DNA from: Candidatus Latescibacterota bacterium
GTDB taxonomy: Bacteria > Latescibacterota > UBA2968 > UBA8231
Reading direction: 5' to 3'
NCBI GenBank assembly: GCA_965215195.1
Contig: CBDCDC010000002.1
Coordinates: 3,904,001-3,968,000, forward strand
DNA length: 64,000 nt
The translations under genes were made by a program, and so were the position numbers. Within the stretch, counting starts at the first letter, position 1, and each line of letters begins with the position of its first letter. Of the stretch, positions 18,797-28,083 are shown piece by piece. Under the pieces are notes generated by a model. It saw only the letters and a program-made list of their open reading frames with translations, had not been told where the DNA came from and did not search any database.

Positions 18797-20077
18797 ATGA
18801 AAAAGTACATATCCGTCTCCCTGCTGCTTTTGGCCGCTTTGTGCGCCGCTGCCGAAGAGTACTGGCCCCAGTGGCGCGGACCCAACCACAACGGCGTCAG
18901 CGAGGCCGTGGACCTGCCGACGACTTGGAGCGCGAATGAGAACGTGGTCTGGAGCAGGAAGCTGCCCTCTTGGAGCGGGAGTACGCCGGTGGTGTGGGGC
19001 GAGCGGCTCTTTTTGACGTCGCCCAATACGGGCGAGGAGATCCAAGGCGGCGAAAAGCTGCTTTTGGGCTGCTTGTCAACGACCGACGGCAATGTGTTGT
19101 GGCAGCGCACCCTCGACGAGGGCAACGCCTATTGGCGCAAGCACAACAACACCTCGCCTTCGCCGGTCACGGATGGCGAGCGCGTACTGGCCGTTGCGGG
19201 CACGGGGATGATCCGGGCCTTTGACATGGATGGCGAAGAGCTGTGGCACTACGACTTGCAGGCCGAGCACGGCTCCTTCGGCCTGATGTGGGGCTACGCT
19301 TCCTCGCCCCTGCTCCACGACGGCAAGCTCTACGTCGAGGTCCTGCACGGGATGAACACGGACGATGCTTCCTACCTGATTGCATTCGACGCGGCTACCG
19401 GCGAGGTCGCGTGGCAGCAGGAGCGGCGGACGGACGCGGTGGGCGAGTCCCCGGATGCCTATACCACGCCCGTGGTGCTCGAACACGATGGCCAGACGCA
19501 AATCGTCATCTCCGGCGGCGACTACCTCACCGGCCACGATCCGGCCACCGGCCAAGAGCTGTGGCGGGCGGGTGGCTTGAATCCGGGCAAGGAGCGGAAT
19601 TACCGGGTGGTCGGGTCGCCGGTGGCAGTTGCCGGGATGGTGTACGCGACCAGTCGCCGCAATCCAGTGCTGGCGTTCCGCGCCGGTGGCACGGGAGATG
19701 TTAGCGCGAGCCACTTGGCTTGGAAGTGGACGGGGGCCGGAGGACCAGACGTGCCTTCGGCCGCCACTGATGGCCGCTATTTCTACATGGTCGATGACCG
19801 CGGGCGGGTCACCTGCCTCGACGCCAAGACGGGCGCGGTGCTGTGGGGGCCGGAGCGCACGGCCCAAGGGTCGGTCAGCGCCTCGCCGGTCTTGGCCGAC
19901 GGCAAGCTCTACGTGGTCAATGAAAACGCAGTGACGACCGTGCTCCAAGCCGGCCCAGAGTACAAGGTGCTGGCCACCAACGAACTCGACGGCGGCTATA
20001 CACTGTCTTCGCTGGCCATTGCCGGGGGGCGGATTTTCCTGCGGACCGAGTCGCACCTGTACTGCATCGGCCAGTAG
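18797..20077 (+). CDS. Secreted PQQ-like/BamB-like beta-propeller protein
   Basis: Signal peptide, WPQWRGP, SSPLL..GKLYV and repeated TG..LW blades. Confidence 0.9.
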   Translation: MKKYISVSLLLLAALCAAAEEYWPQWRGPNHNGVSEAVDLPTTWSANENVVWSRKLPSWSGSTPVVWGERLFLTSPNTGEEIQGGEKLLLGCLSTTDGNVLWQRTLDEGNAYWRKHNNTSPSPVTDGERVLAVAGTGMIRAFDMDGEELWHYDLQAEHGSFGLMWGYASSPLLHDGKLYVEVLHGMNTDDASYLIAFDAATGEVAWQQERRTDAVGESPDAYTTPVVLEHDGQTQIVISGGDYLTGHDPATGQELWRAGGLNPGKERNYRVVGSPVAVAGMVYATSRRNPVLAFRAGGTGDVSASHLAWKWTGAGGPDVPSAATDGRYFYMVDDRGRVTCLDAKTGAVLWGPERTAQGSVSASPVLADGKLYVVNENAVTTVLQAGPEYKVLATNELDGGYTLSSLAIAGGRIFLRTESHLYCIGQ

Positions 20078-20083
20078 TGCCGG

Positions 20084-23000
20084 TCACTCGGCCTTGAGAA
20101 CCGCCAGCAGGGGGCGGCGCAGGGCCAAGTGCGCGGCAGCAGCACACGCCAGCAGGCCAGCGGCCAAGACCAAGCCGAGCGAGATGCCCAGCGAGGCCCA
20201 AGGCAAGGGTGCGGGGTCGAAGAGGCGGGGTGCCACGGCGATGAGGGCAGCGACGCTGCCGATCCCTTCGCCTGCCAGCAGGAGAAAGCCGTGCTCGTAG
20301 AGCAGCATCGCCCCTAGGCGGGCGCGGCGAAAGCCACAGGCGCTCAAGGCCGCCAGCTCGCCACTGCGCTCGAGGACGTTGCGCAGAATGAGGATTCCCA
20401 AACCCAGAGTACCCAAGAGCAGCCCGAGCAAGCCCAGCGTCTGAAAGGTCGCCAAGTACGTGTTTTCGACGGCGCGGTAGCCTCGGAGGCGCTCGGCACT
20501 CAGAGTGGTGTCAAGCCCGTAGGCCGCTAGCCCCTTTTCGATCGCGGCGGCGACAGCGGCTGGTTGTTCCGTTTCGACTAGGAAGTAGGAATAGCCTTCG
20601 CGCGCGGGAAAGTGCGCGGCGAAGCGATCCTCGGCAATGAGCAACTCGCTCTGGAACAGGCTGCCGTCCAACAGCCCGACCAAGCGCAGGGTCAAGCCCT
20701 CGGCAAGTGGGATGTCGTCGCCCAGACCCTTGTGCAAAATCCACTGCGCCGAATTAAAATCGCCGATGGCTGGGACGACGCCCGGCCCCAAATCGCGCTG
20801 GAGCAACCGCCAAGGATTGGTGCGCTCGTCCGGCGTCAGGGCGAGGGTCTGCCGGAAGGGCAAGCCACCGCGCTGCACGAACTCGGCCGGTGCGCCGAGG
20901 ACGCGCGGGGTTTGGGGCAGGTAGAGGTTGAGGCAGCTCACGTCGTCGCCGGGCAGGACGCGGAAGGGAAAAAAGCGTACGGCAGCCAAGGCTGTTGACA
21001 GCCCCAACTCGAAGCGACCGTCCGCGCTATTGAGGTCTTGGTGCAGGGGGATCGCTGCCTCGGCGATGAGCGCGAAACCGCCCGTGCCCGGATCGTCTAG
21101 CCACTCGACCTGTCGGTGGGCCCCAGCGGCGACGATGACAAAGGTGGCGCAGGCCACGAGGGACGTGCAGAGGGTGCTGCGGCTGGGCTTGCGGGTGCTG
21201 TTGAGCAGCCCCAAGCCGAGGCTGGAGCTGAGGCGTCCCGAGGTCGGAGTGCGCAACCATACCGCGAGCAAAGCCAATAGCGCCAAAAGGGCTGCGGTGC
21301 CGCTACCCAAGAAAAGCGCCGCGGCCGTGGCTGCGTCGGCCATACCGGCGAGGACGCTCAAGGCGAGGGCGAGGGCCAAACCGAGTGCGGCGAGGACGGC
21401 ACTGCGCCGGCGCGGACGACGCGGAGCCGTGTCAAGAGCACCGGCGAGCAGGGCGCGGACGGGCAGCCGGTGGAAGCGCTGCACAGTGCGCCACAGCGCC
21501 AGCGAGACTAGTAGCAAGGTGGATAGATAGCCCACTCCTAAGCTCAACCAGCTAACGTGGAGGTGGAGGAAGGGCGTACCGATAGCCTCCAACCACAGAG
21601 TGTGCAAGCCGACCAGCATCAGGTAGGCGTAGAGCGGGGCACCGGCTAGGCCGAGCAGGGCACCCAACGCGGCCAAGGCCATGCCCTCGCGCAAGAAGCG
21701 TCGGCCTACGGCTGCGAGTGGGTAGCCGGTGGCGAGCAACAGACCTGCTTCGCGTGCGCGTTGTTCGAGGCCGAACTTGCACAGCAGGACCACCAATAGC
21801 GCGGCCGCGGCGATGAGGAAGAGGCTGAAGCCGATAAAGAGGCCGCTGAAATCCGTGGCCCCGGTCGCGGCCCGCAGGGCTTCTTGGCGGACGGGGTGCA
21901 AGGAGAAGCCGGCCGCTGGAGACAGACGCGCTAGCAAGTCTTGACGCAGGCTTTGGTAGCCGGCGGGCGCGGGGGGATAAAAGCGGATGGCGGTCAGGGT
22001 GCCGTGGCGGCTGCCCCAGAGGCGCTGGCCCGTATGGGCCGCGACAAAGGCTTTGGGCGCGGCCCCGTACTGATCCCAGTAGGCTTCGTCCTGCGGGCGG
22101 ATTTGCCCCATGTCGATGGGGAAGGGAGCATCCCAAGCCGCCATATCGCCTTCTTCCTGCAATCCCGGATAGGCGGGCGTCAGAGTGGGATCAATGGCCA
22201 AGCCGCGCATCTGCACAATCCCTTGGAGGCGGAAGTGGGCCTGCTCGGTTCGGAGTTCCTGGCGCGGGCCGACGAGGTAATAGGTCAGGGAGATCGAATC
22301 GCCGGGGGCTGCGGCCAACTCTTGGGCCGTCCAAGCGTCGAGGTAGAGGCCGGCGGCGGAGAGGGGCGGTGCGGGCTGTCCATCGGCGAGGTAGAGGCCG
22401 GTGGGATCGTCGAGCCCGGTGACGGTTGAGTAGGGAACTTGGCGGCCATTGCCCGCAATGGCGTTGGCCAGATAGGTCGAGAAGGTCGCGGTTTTGAGCT
22501 GTTGGGCGGCACCGCTCGCCAAGGCGATGGCGCGGGTCGAATCGTCGAGGACAAAGCGGGTGCTGGTGAGTTCGATGTAGCTGGAGTGCAGGGCGAGGTC
22601 CAGTTTGTGGTCGGCGAGGCTCAGGCGTTGGGCGAGGGCGCGTTGCAGGTCTTGGCTTCGACTGGCAGGTGCGGCCATGAGCAGGGCGTTGACTTGATCC
22701 TGCTGACCGAGGGCGCGCTGGAGGGCTTGGAGGTCGAGGTAGGCGTTGAGCGGCAGATGCTGCTGCGGTCGCAGGCCAAAGCGCCCCGCGCCGCTATCGG
22801 GCAAGACGCCGGTGAGCACCACGCGCAGGGTGGTGACCAGATCGTCGGTAGCGCGGCGGCCAAACAGGGATTCTCGGTAGGTTGGGCTGGGGCGCTCCAG
22901 CGAGAGCAGTACCGCGTCGCCTAGTTCAATATCGAGGGCGCGTTGCAGGGAAGCGCTGACGACGAGCGAGGGAAATGCTTGGCCGGGCCTTGGCTCGAGG

Positions 23001-23353
23001 GCGTCGCGCAAGGTGGAGCCGTCTTGGGGAAAGAGCGCGGCGAAGCGGGCGTCAATGCCTTGGATCTGCACGCCGGAGGCGAGCGCCTGGGTCGCGGCGT
23101 GGCGGGCACTGCCATTGAGGAGGATGGCGGGCGCGGGGGCCCCGGGCAGCGCGGGGGCCAAGTCGCTGCGGAAAAAGTGCGCGGCGAGCAGCGCGTAGTC
23201 GATGCGGCCTAGACGCTCTAAGGCCAAGTCGCGCAGGCTGCCGCGCATGGAGTCGCCGACTAGGAGGGCACCGGTCAGGGCGGTTGTGGCGACAGCGGTC
23301 CCCAGCAGCAGCCCCAAGTGAACCCGCCAGTAGTAGATCAGGCTTCGACGCAC
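20084..23353 (-). CDS. Large ABC transporter permease with two FtsX/MacB-type modules
   Basis: GTG start VRRSLIYYWRVH overlaps the ATPase end. EQRAREAGLL and ERSGELAAL FtsX motifs. Confidence 0.85.
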   Translation of the reverse strand: MRRSLIYYWRVHLGLLLGTAVATTALTGALLVGDSMRGSLRDLALERLGRIDYALLAAHFFRSDLAPALPGAPAPAILLNGSARHAATQALASGVQIQGIDARFAALFPQDGSTLRDALEPRPGQAFPSLVVSASLQRALDIELGDAVLLSLERPSPTYRESLFGRRATDDLVTTLRVVLTGVLPDSGAGRFGLRPQQHLPLNAYLDLQALQRALGQQDQVNALLMAAPASRSQDLQRALAQRLSLADHKLDLALHSSYIELTSTRFVLDDSTRAIALASGAAQQLKTATFSTYLANAIAGNGRQVPYSTVTGLDDPTGLYLADGQPAPPLSAAGLYLDAWTAQELAAAPGDSISLTYYLVGPRQELRTEQAHFRLQGIVQMRGLAIDPTLTPAYPGLQEEGDMAAWDAPFPIDMGQIRPQDEAYWDQYGAAPKAFVAAHTGQRLWGSRHGTLTAIRFYPPAPAGYQSLRQDLLARLSPAAGFSLHPVRQEALRAATGATDFSGLFIGFSLFLIAAAALLVVLLCKFGLEQRAREAGLLLATGYPLAAVGRRFLREGMALAALGALLGLAGAPLYAYLMLVGLHTLWLEAIGTPFLHLHVSWLSLGVGYLSTLLLVSLALWRTVQRFHRLPVRALLAGALDTAPRRPRRRSAVLAALGLALALALSVLAGMADAATAAALFLGSGTAALLALLALLAVWLRTPTSGRLSSSLGLGLLNSTRKPSRSTLCTSLVACATFVIVAAGAHRQVEWLDDPGTGGFALIAEAAIPLHQDLNSADGRFELGLSTALAAVRFFPFRVLPGDDVSCLNLYLPQTPRVLGAPAEFVQRGGLPFRQTLALTPDERTNPWRLLQRDLGPGVVPAIGDFNSAQWILHKGLGDDIPLAEGLTLRLVGLLDGSLFQSELLIAEDRFAAHFPAREGYSYFLVETEQPAAVAAAIEKGLAAYGLDTTLSAERLRGYRAVENTYLATFQTLGLLGLLLGTLGLGILILRNVLERSGELAALSACGFRRARLGAMLLYEHGFLLLAGEGIGSVAALIAVAPRLFDPAPLPWASLGISLGLVLAAGLLACAAAAHLALRRPLLAVLKAE

Positions 23354-24015
23354 GTCCCCTCGCGCAGATGTAGGCGGCGGTCGCAGCGCGCCGCTAGTTC
23401 GAGGTCGTGGGTTGCGATGACGAGGGCGGCTTGTTCGGCGCGGTGCAGCGCGAAGAGCAGGTCGGCGACGGTGGCAGCCGTCTGGCGGTCGAGGCTGCCG
23501 GTAGGCTCGTCGCAGAGCAAGAGACGAGGCTGGTTGATCAAGGCCCGCGCCACGGCCACGCGCTGGCACTCCCCGCCGGAGAGCGCGGCGGGGCGGTGGT
23601 GCAGGCGTTTTTCTAGACCGACGGCGGTCAAGAGGTCGCGGGTGCGCTCGCGCCGGTCGGCCTGGGGAAAGGCGAGGGTGGGGATTAAGGCGTTTTCGAG
23701 GGCCGAGTATTGGGGCAGCAGGTGGTGATTTTGGAACACGAATCCGATGTGCTGGTTGCGGAAGCGGGCGAGTTGAGGTTCGGGGAGGGCTAGTGGGTCT
23801 TGGTCGCTGATGGCGATTTGGCCCGAGGTAGGCGGTTCGAGGGTGCCGAGCAGGTGCAGCAAGGTGCTCTTGCCCGAGCCAGACGGCCCGATAAGTGCTA
23901 GGGACTGGCCCACCTCGGCGCGGAAAGAGACGCCGCGCAGCACTTCGACGGTCTGATCGCCGAGGGCAAAGTGCTTGCAGACGTCGGCGGCGATGAGGGC
24001 CGGGGCTGCGTTCAT
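23338..24015 (-). CDS. ABC transporter ATP-binding protein (LolD/MacB-like)
   Basis: GPSGSGKST, LSGGECQRVAVARAL, CDEPTGSLD and ATHD motifs. Confidence 0.95.
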   Translation of the reverse strand: MNAAPALIAADVCKHFALGDQTVEVLRGVSFRAEVGQSLALIGPSGSGKSTLLHLLGTLEPPTSGQIAISDQDPLALPEPQLARFRNQHIGFVFQNHHLLPQYSALENALIPTLAFPQADRRERTRDLLTAVGLEKRLHHRPAALSGGECQRVAVARALINQPRLLLCDEPTGSLDRQTAATVADLLFALHRAEQAALVIATHDLELAARCDRRLHLREGTCVEA

Positions 24016-24476
24016 GGGACTTGGGCGCACTCAGTTGAGTCGTGCGGCGCCAGTTTGCGGGACTTGGGCGCGCTCAGTTGAGTCGTGATGAAGTTCGGGA
24101 TCGGGATGGCGCGGATGGGCTCGCCCGGGTTGCAGACGCAACAGGCGACCTTGAGCCGCCCTTGGGCTATGTGTTCGCCGGCGCAGTGGAAGTCAAAGCG
24201 CAAGCTGAGGGACTTCTCGCCCTGCTTTTCGAGGTGCATGAGGATGTCGAGGACGTCTTCAAAGGCGACCGGGCGGAAGTACTCGCATTCGGCGACGAGG
24301 CGGGGCCAGCTAATGATGTCGCCGTTGCGTTGGCTGTGGACGCTCAGGCCCAAGCTGCGCCAGAAGGCGTGTTCAGCCGCCTCCATAAAGACGAAGAAGC
24401 GCGCAAAGTGGACGATGCCGGCCTGATCGGTGTCGGCCCACTCGACGCGGCGGCGGGTGTGAAATTCGACGGACAC
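24012..24476 (-). CDS. Acyl-CoA thioesterase (4HBT/YbgC hotdog family)
   Basis: RRVEWADTDQAGIVHFARFFVFMEAAE motif. GTG start. Confidence 0.9.
   Translation of the reverse strand: MSVEFHTRRRVEWADTDQAGIVHFARFFVFMEAAEHAFWRSLGLSVHSQRNGDIISWPRLVAECEYFRPVAFEDVLDILMHLEKQGEKSLSLRFDFHCAGEHIAQGRLKVACCVCNPGEPIRAIPIPNFITTQLSAPKSRKLAPHDSTECAQVP
24016..24087. repeat. 29-nt direct repeat (24016-24044 and 24059-24087, one mismatch)
   Basis: gggacttgggcgc(a/g)ctcagttgagtcgtg occurs twice with a 14-nt spacer. Confidence 0.9.
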
Positions 24477-24477
24477 G

Positions 24478-24948
24478 TCAGTTTTCTGGGCGGAAGAAGG
24501 TGACCAAGCAGCCGCCCAAAGCGGCCAAGACGATGCCGAGGACAAAGGGCCAGCGCACGGCCGCCCAGCCGCCGGCGGGCGGATGCACGAGCGCGGCGAC
24601 CACCGCGTTGACGATGGGGGCCCCGGCAAAGACGATGGACATGACTACGGCCGGCGTCCCCTTGGCACCAAAGGCGAGCAGGACGCCCAACGCGCCGATG
24701 GCCCCGGCCATGCCGGCCGCGGTGGACCACAAGACGCCCTTGGCCGGGTAGAACCAACTCGCCCCATTGTAGGTTAGGACGATCAGCGAGCCGAAGACAG
24801 CGGTGAGCAGATAGGCCAAGCCGACGAAGAGGAAGGCTTTGTAGCGGCCATTTACCGGGTCGGCCATGGCGATTTGGCCGGTGTGCAGCAGGACTCCGTA
24901 GAGGCCCCAGCTAGAGACAGTGAGGAGGGCGAAGACGAGCCAAGTCAT
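24478..24948 (-). CDS. Small membrane protein (EamA/DMT-like half transporter)
   Basis: About five TM helices with WGLYG and VMSIVFAGAPIVN motifs. Confidence 0.7.
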   Translation of the reverse strand: MTWLVFALLTVSSWGLYGVLLHTGQIAMADPVNGRYKAFLFVGLAYLLTAVFGSLIVLTYNGASWFYPAKGVLWSTAAGMAGAIGALGVLLAFGAKGTPAVVMSIVFAGAPIVNAVVAALVHPPAGGWAAVRWPFVLGIVLAALGGCLVTFFRPEN

Positions 24949-24962
24949 GGGGATAATCCTTT

Positions 24963-26246
24963 CTATAGATACTGCTCGTACACGGCGAGCGTCCCCGCGG
25001 CCATGGCGTCGGCGTGGAAGCGGCTGTGGACCGCCTCTTGGCCGGTTTGTCCGAGCTGGCGTCGCCGCTTTTTGTCGCGCAGCAAAGCGGCAAGCTCGTT
25101 GGCTAGGGCCTCTGGGGAATGGGGCTTGACGAGGAGACCGCCGCCGGTGGCCGCGATCAGCTCGGGGAACGCGCCGTGGTCGGGCTGGATGACCGGGATG
25201 CCGTTGGCTAAGGCTTCGAGGATCGACAGGCCCTTGGGGTCGGCGTAAACCGAAGGTACGGAAAAGACGTGGAGCGAGCAGAGGAAGCGAATTTTTTCGC
25301 GGCGATCGACTGCGCCGTGGTAGGCAAACGAGTCGGCTAGCCCCCAGCGGCGGATTTTTTGCACCTGCTCGGCAAAGTAGGGCTTGTCATAAGCACTGAG
25401 ATAGCCGGCGGCTTCGAGGCGCAGGGCGGCAAACTCGGGCTGCTCTTTTAAGTGCCGGAAGGCCTCGACGAGCAGGTGAAAGCCCTTTTCCGGGCAGATG
25501 CGGGCGAGGTAGCCGATTTTGTCGGGGCTGTCGGTGGGGGGTGGCTCTTGCCCGTGTCCGGTCAGGTTGAGGCCGAGCGGCACCACGTGGATTTTGGTGC
25601 GCGGCACCTGCAGGTATTCGGCCATGTACTCTTGGTAATATGTACACGGGGCGATGAAGGCGTCGATGTCTTGGGCGCGGTGGCGCAGGATGTTCAGGGC
25701 TTGGGTCTTATAGGGTTCGGGCAGGCCGTCCAAGAACAGGTCCTCGCCTTGGAGGGCGCAGAGGACGGGGACGCCTAGTTGCGCTTTCAATTGCCGGGCC
25801 ATGCCGACGAACATGGCGTTGGTCAGCTCGACGAGATCGGGTTGGAAGTCGCGCTGGAGATAGGCGACGAGACGGGTGAGTTCCTTTTGTTGGTTCCCCT
25901 CCTCGCCGGCGAGAATCGAGACGGTGAGCGGCCCTAAATCGCGGGCATTGGTAGAGGAGCCAAAGCGCGCGAGGGTGCGGATCAGGAGCGGGGAGTCGAG
26001 GACGCGGTCGAAGAAGCGGTGCGTACGGCGAAAAAACGACCATTGCTGTTGCAGGAAGATGTTGACGCCGCCGTAGAAGACCCGGTCCAGCGAGACGTTT
26101 TCCTCGTCCGTGCGCAGCGGCGTATAGGTTGGAATGAGGACGACATCGGCGGCGCGGCGCACCAAGGCGGCCGCGAGCGCGTTGTCGTGGATGCAGCTAC
26201 CGCAGTACATGCCGGCCGCACCGGCCGTGATGTAGGCGAGGCGCAT
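24963..26246 (-). CDS. Glycosyltransferase family 4 with an N-terminal CxxC
   Basis: MRLAYITAGAAGMYCGSC, GYLARICPEKG and DPKGLSILEALANGIPV motifs. Confidence 0.9.
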   Translation of the reverse strand: MRLAYITAGAAGMYCGSCIHDNALAAALVRRAADVVLIPTYTPLRTDEENVSLDRVFYGGVNIFLQQQWSFFRRTHRFFDRVLDSPLLIRTLARFGSSTNARDLGPLTVSILAGEEGNQQKELTRLVAYLQRDFQPDLVELTNAMFVGMARQLKAQLGVPVLCALQGEDLFLDGLPEPYKTQALNILRHRAQDIDAFIAPCTYYQEYMAEYLQVPRTKIHVVPLGLNLTGHGQEPPPTDSPDKIGYLARICPEKGFHLLVEAFRHLKEQPEFAALRLEAAGYLSAYDKPYFAEQVQKIRRWGLADSFAYHGAVDRREKIRFLCSLHVFSVPSVYADPKGLSILEALANGIPVIQPDHGAFPELIAATGGGLLVKPHSPEALANELAALLRDKKRRRQLGQTGQEAVHSRFHADAMAAGTLAVYEQYL

Positions 26247-26248
26247 CG

Positions 26249-27703
26249 CTAGAAGAATTTGTCGATGGTGGTTTTGGCCGGTGGCTTGGTCAGCAGCGAT
26301 CCGACGACCATCGCTGCGGCCGAAGCGGCTAGAATCACGGCCACGGGCATTACTCCGGTCATGCCGACCGTATAGCCGGGGACTTTCCACCCCTGAAAGA
26401 AGAAATAGCACCACAGCGCGGCTACGGTGAGCACCGAGGCAAAGGCGCCGTACTGGGTGCTGCGCTTCCAGAACAGGGCGGCCACGACCACCGGAAAGAG
26501 TGCCGCAAAGCCGGTGAAGGACCAGACCGCGAGGGAGAAGATGCTGCGGGCCGAGACCAGCGAGAGCACGTAGGCAACAGCTAAGATGGCGATCACGAAG
26601 AGGCGGCCCCACAGGACTTGGGCCTTTTCGCTCAGTTCGTCGCCCTTGCGGTAGTGGCGGACGATGTCTTGGGTGAACATGTTGCTGATGGAGAGCACCT
26701 GCGAGTCGAGCGACGACATAATGGCGGCAAAGACCCCGGCCGCGAGCAGGCCGGCCAGCGCGCCGGGAGCGTGTAGGTCAATCATCTGGACCAGCACCGA
26801 GTTGGCGGCCGCGCCCTTGAGGCCGGGGAAGTCAATGCTGCCGAAAATCCCCAAGAGCACGCTGGGGATCCAGACGATGGCAATGCACAGAGGATACAGC
26901 ATCAGGGGGTAGCGGAAGGTGCGGGCGCTTTGGGCGGTGAGCCAGTGGGTGAAAAGGTGGGGGAACATGCCCACCGACAGCGGGATGCAGGTGTAGGTTA
27001 AGAGTTTGATTGGGCTGATGAGGTCGCCTTTGATCAGCAGCTCGGGGTGCGCGGCCGCGACTTGCGCTAGTGCGCGGTCTAGCCCGCCCAGCTTATCGAC
27101 GATGACGAAGAAGGTCGCGCCACCCAAGATCATAAAGACCAGCGTTTGGAAGGCGTTGGCCCAGGCCGTGCTCCGCATGCCGCCGAAACTGACGTAGGTC
27201 AGGACCACCAAGCAGATCAGCAGGCCGCCGGCCCACTGGGGGATCTGGCCCTTGGTGATTTGGGCGAGGGTGATGCCGCCGCCCATGACGCCGATGAGCA
27301 GGTAGGGGATCAGCAGCGCGATCATGACCGCGAAGAGCAGGAGTCCCAAGCCATCGGAGTCCCAGCGGCGGCGGAAGTACTGGACCTGCGTGAGGAGGTT
27401 GTGGCGCTTGCCGAGTGCCCAGACGCGGGTGCCGATAAAGAAGAAGACAGCGGGAATAATCAGGGCCGCGCCCGAAGGCATCAGGGCAAAGACGCCGATG
27501 CCGGTGTGGTAGGCTTCGCCAGAGGCTCCCAAAATGGCGAACGCGGTCATGTTGGTGCCAAACAGCGACATCAGCAGCAGGAAGGGGCCGATGGAGCGGC
27601 TGGCAACGAAGTAGTCCTCGCCGGTGCCGCGGAAGAAGCGATTGGAGAGGACGCCGATGCAGAGTACGAGGCCGAGGTAGCAGAAGATGATGATCGTGGT
27701 CAT
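26249..27703 (-). CDS. Sodium:solute symporter family protein
   Basis: DYFVASRSIG, GGMRSTAW and AAIMSSLDSQ motifs, many TM helices. Confidence 0.92.
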   Translation of the reverse strand: MTTIIIFCYLGLVLCIGVLSNRFFRGTGEDYFVASRSIGPFLLLMSLFGTNMTAFAILGASGEAYHTGIGVFALMPSGAALIIPAVFFFIGTRVWALGKRHNLLTQVQYFRRRWDSDGLGLLLFAVMIALLIPYLLIGVMGGGITLAQITKGQIPQWAGGLLICLVVLTYVSFGGMRSTAWANAFQTLVFMILGGATFFVIVDKLGGLDRALAQVAAAHPELLIKGDLISPIKLLTYTCIPLSVGMFPHLFTHWLTAQSARTFRYPLMLYPLCIAIVWIPSVLLGIFGSIDFPGLKGAAANSVLVQMIDLHAPGALAGLLAAGVFAAIMSSLDSQVLSISNMFTQDIVRHYRKGDELSEKAQVLWGRLFVIAILAVAYVLSLVSARSIFSLAVWSFTGFAALFPVVVAALFWKRSTQYGAFASVLTVAALWCYFFFQGWKVPGYTVGMTGVMPVAVILAASAAAMVVGSLLTKPPAKTTIDKFF

Positions 27704-27924
27704 GCGGCTTGCTCCTCGTCCTCCGCGTCCAGTCCGGGCGGCCAGGCGTAGTTGACCAACAAGACCATCAGCCCGGCGGCCGCCAAGCAGAAGCCGATGT
27801 GGTAGAGCAGGCCGATGGGCAGCCCCCAGACGATGCGCGGATCGTCCCAGAGCCAGAGATCGTTGTGCAAGAGGTAGAGGACCAGAAGCCCCAAGTAGAG
27901 GAGCCGGCGGACGGTGGCGTTCAT
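27700..27924 (-). CDS. Small two-TM symporter accessory protein (DUF3311/DUF997-like)
   Basis: LHNDLWLWDDPRIVWGLPIGLLYH. ATGA overlap with the symporter start. Confidence 0.8.
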   Translation of the reverse strand: MNATVRRLLYLGLLVLYLLHNDLWLWDDPRIVWGLPIGLLYHIGFCLAAAGLMVLLVNYAWPPGLDAEDEEQAA

Positions 27925-28006
27925 GCTGCACTCCAGCGGTAGAGGTGGTTGGCGTTGCGCGCCCTTTTGTTGTGCGTCTATCGGCCCGGACAAACCCACC
28001 CAACGG

Positions 28007-28045
28007 GTAGGGGCGATTCGCGAATAGCCCCCTGCAATCGCCCTC
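28007..28045 (+). repeat. GTAG-family REP-like palindrome
   Basis: GTAGGGGCGATTCGCGAATAGCCCC is a GTAG tetranucleotide followed by an imperfect GC-rich palindrome. Confidence 0.7.
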
Positions 28046-28062
28046 GTGGTTGCCCAGCCGGT

Positions 28063-28083
28063 GTTGCCGAGGGCCTCGGCGAC
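28063..28083 (-). terminator. Hairpin immediately after the Uma2 stop codon
   Basis: gttgccgag-ggc-ctcggcgac stem-loop. No clear U-tract. Confidence 0.4.
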
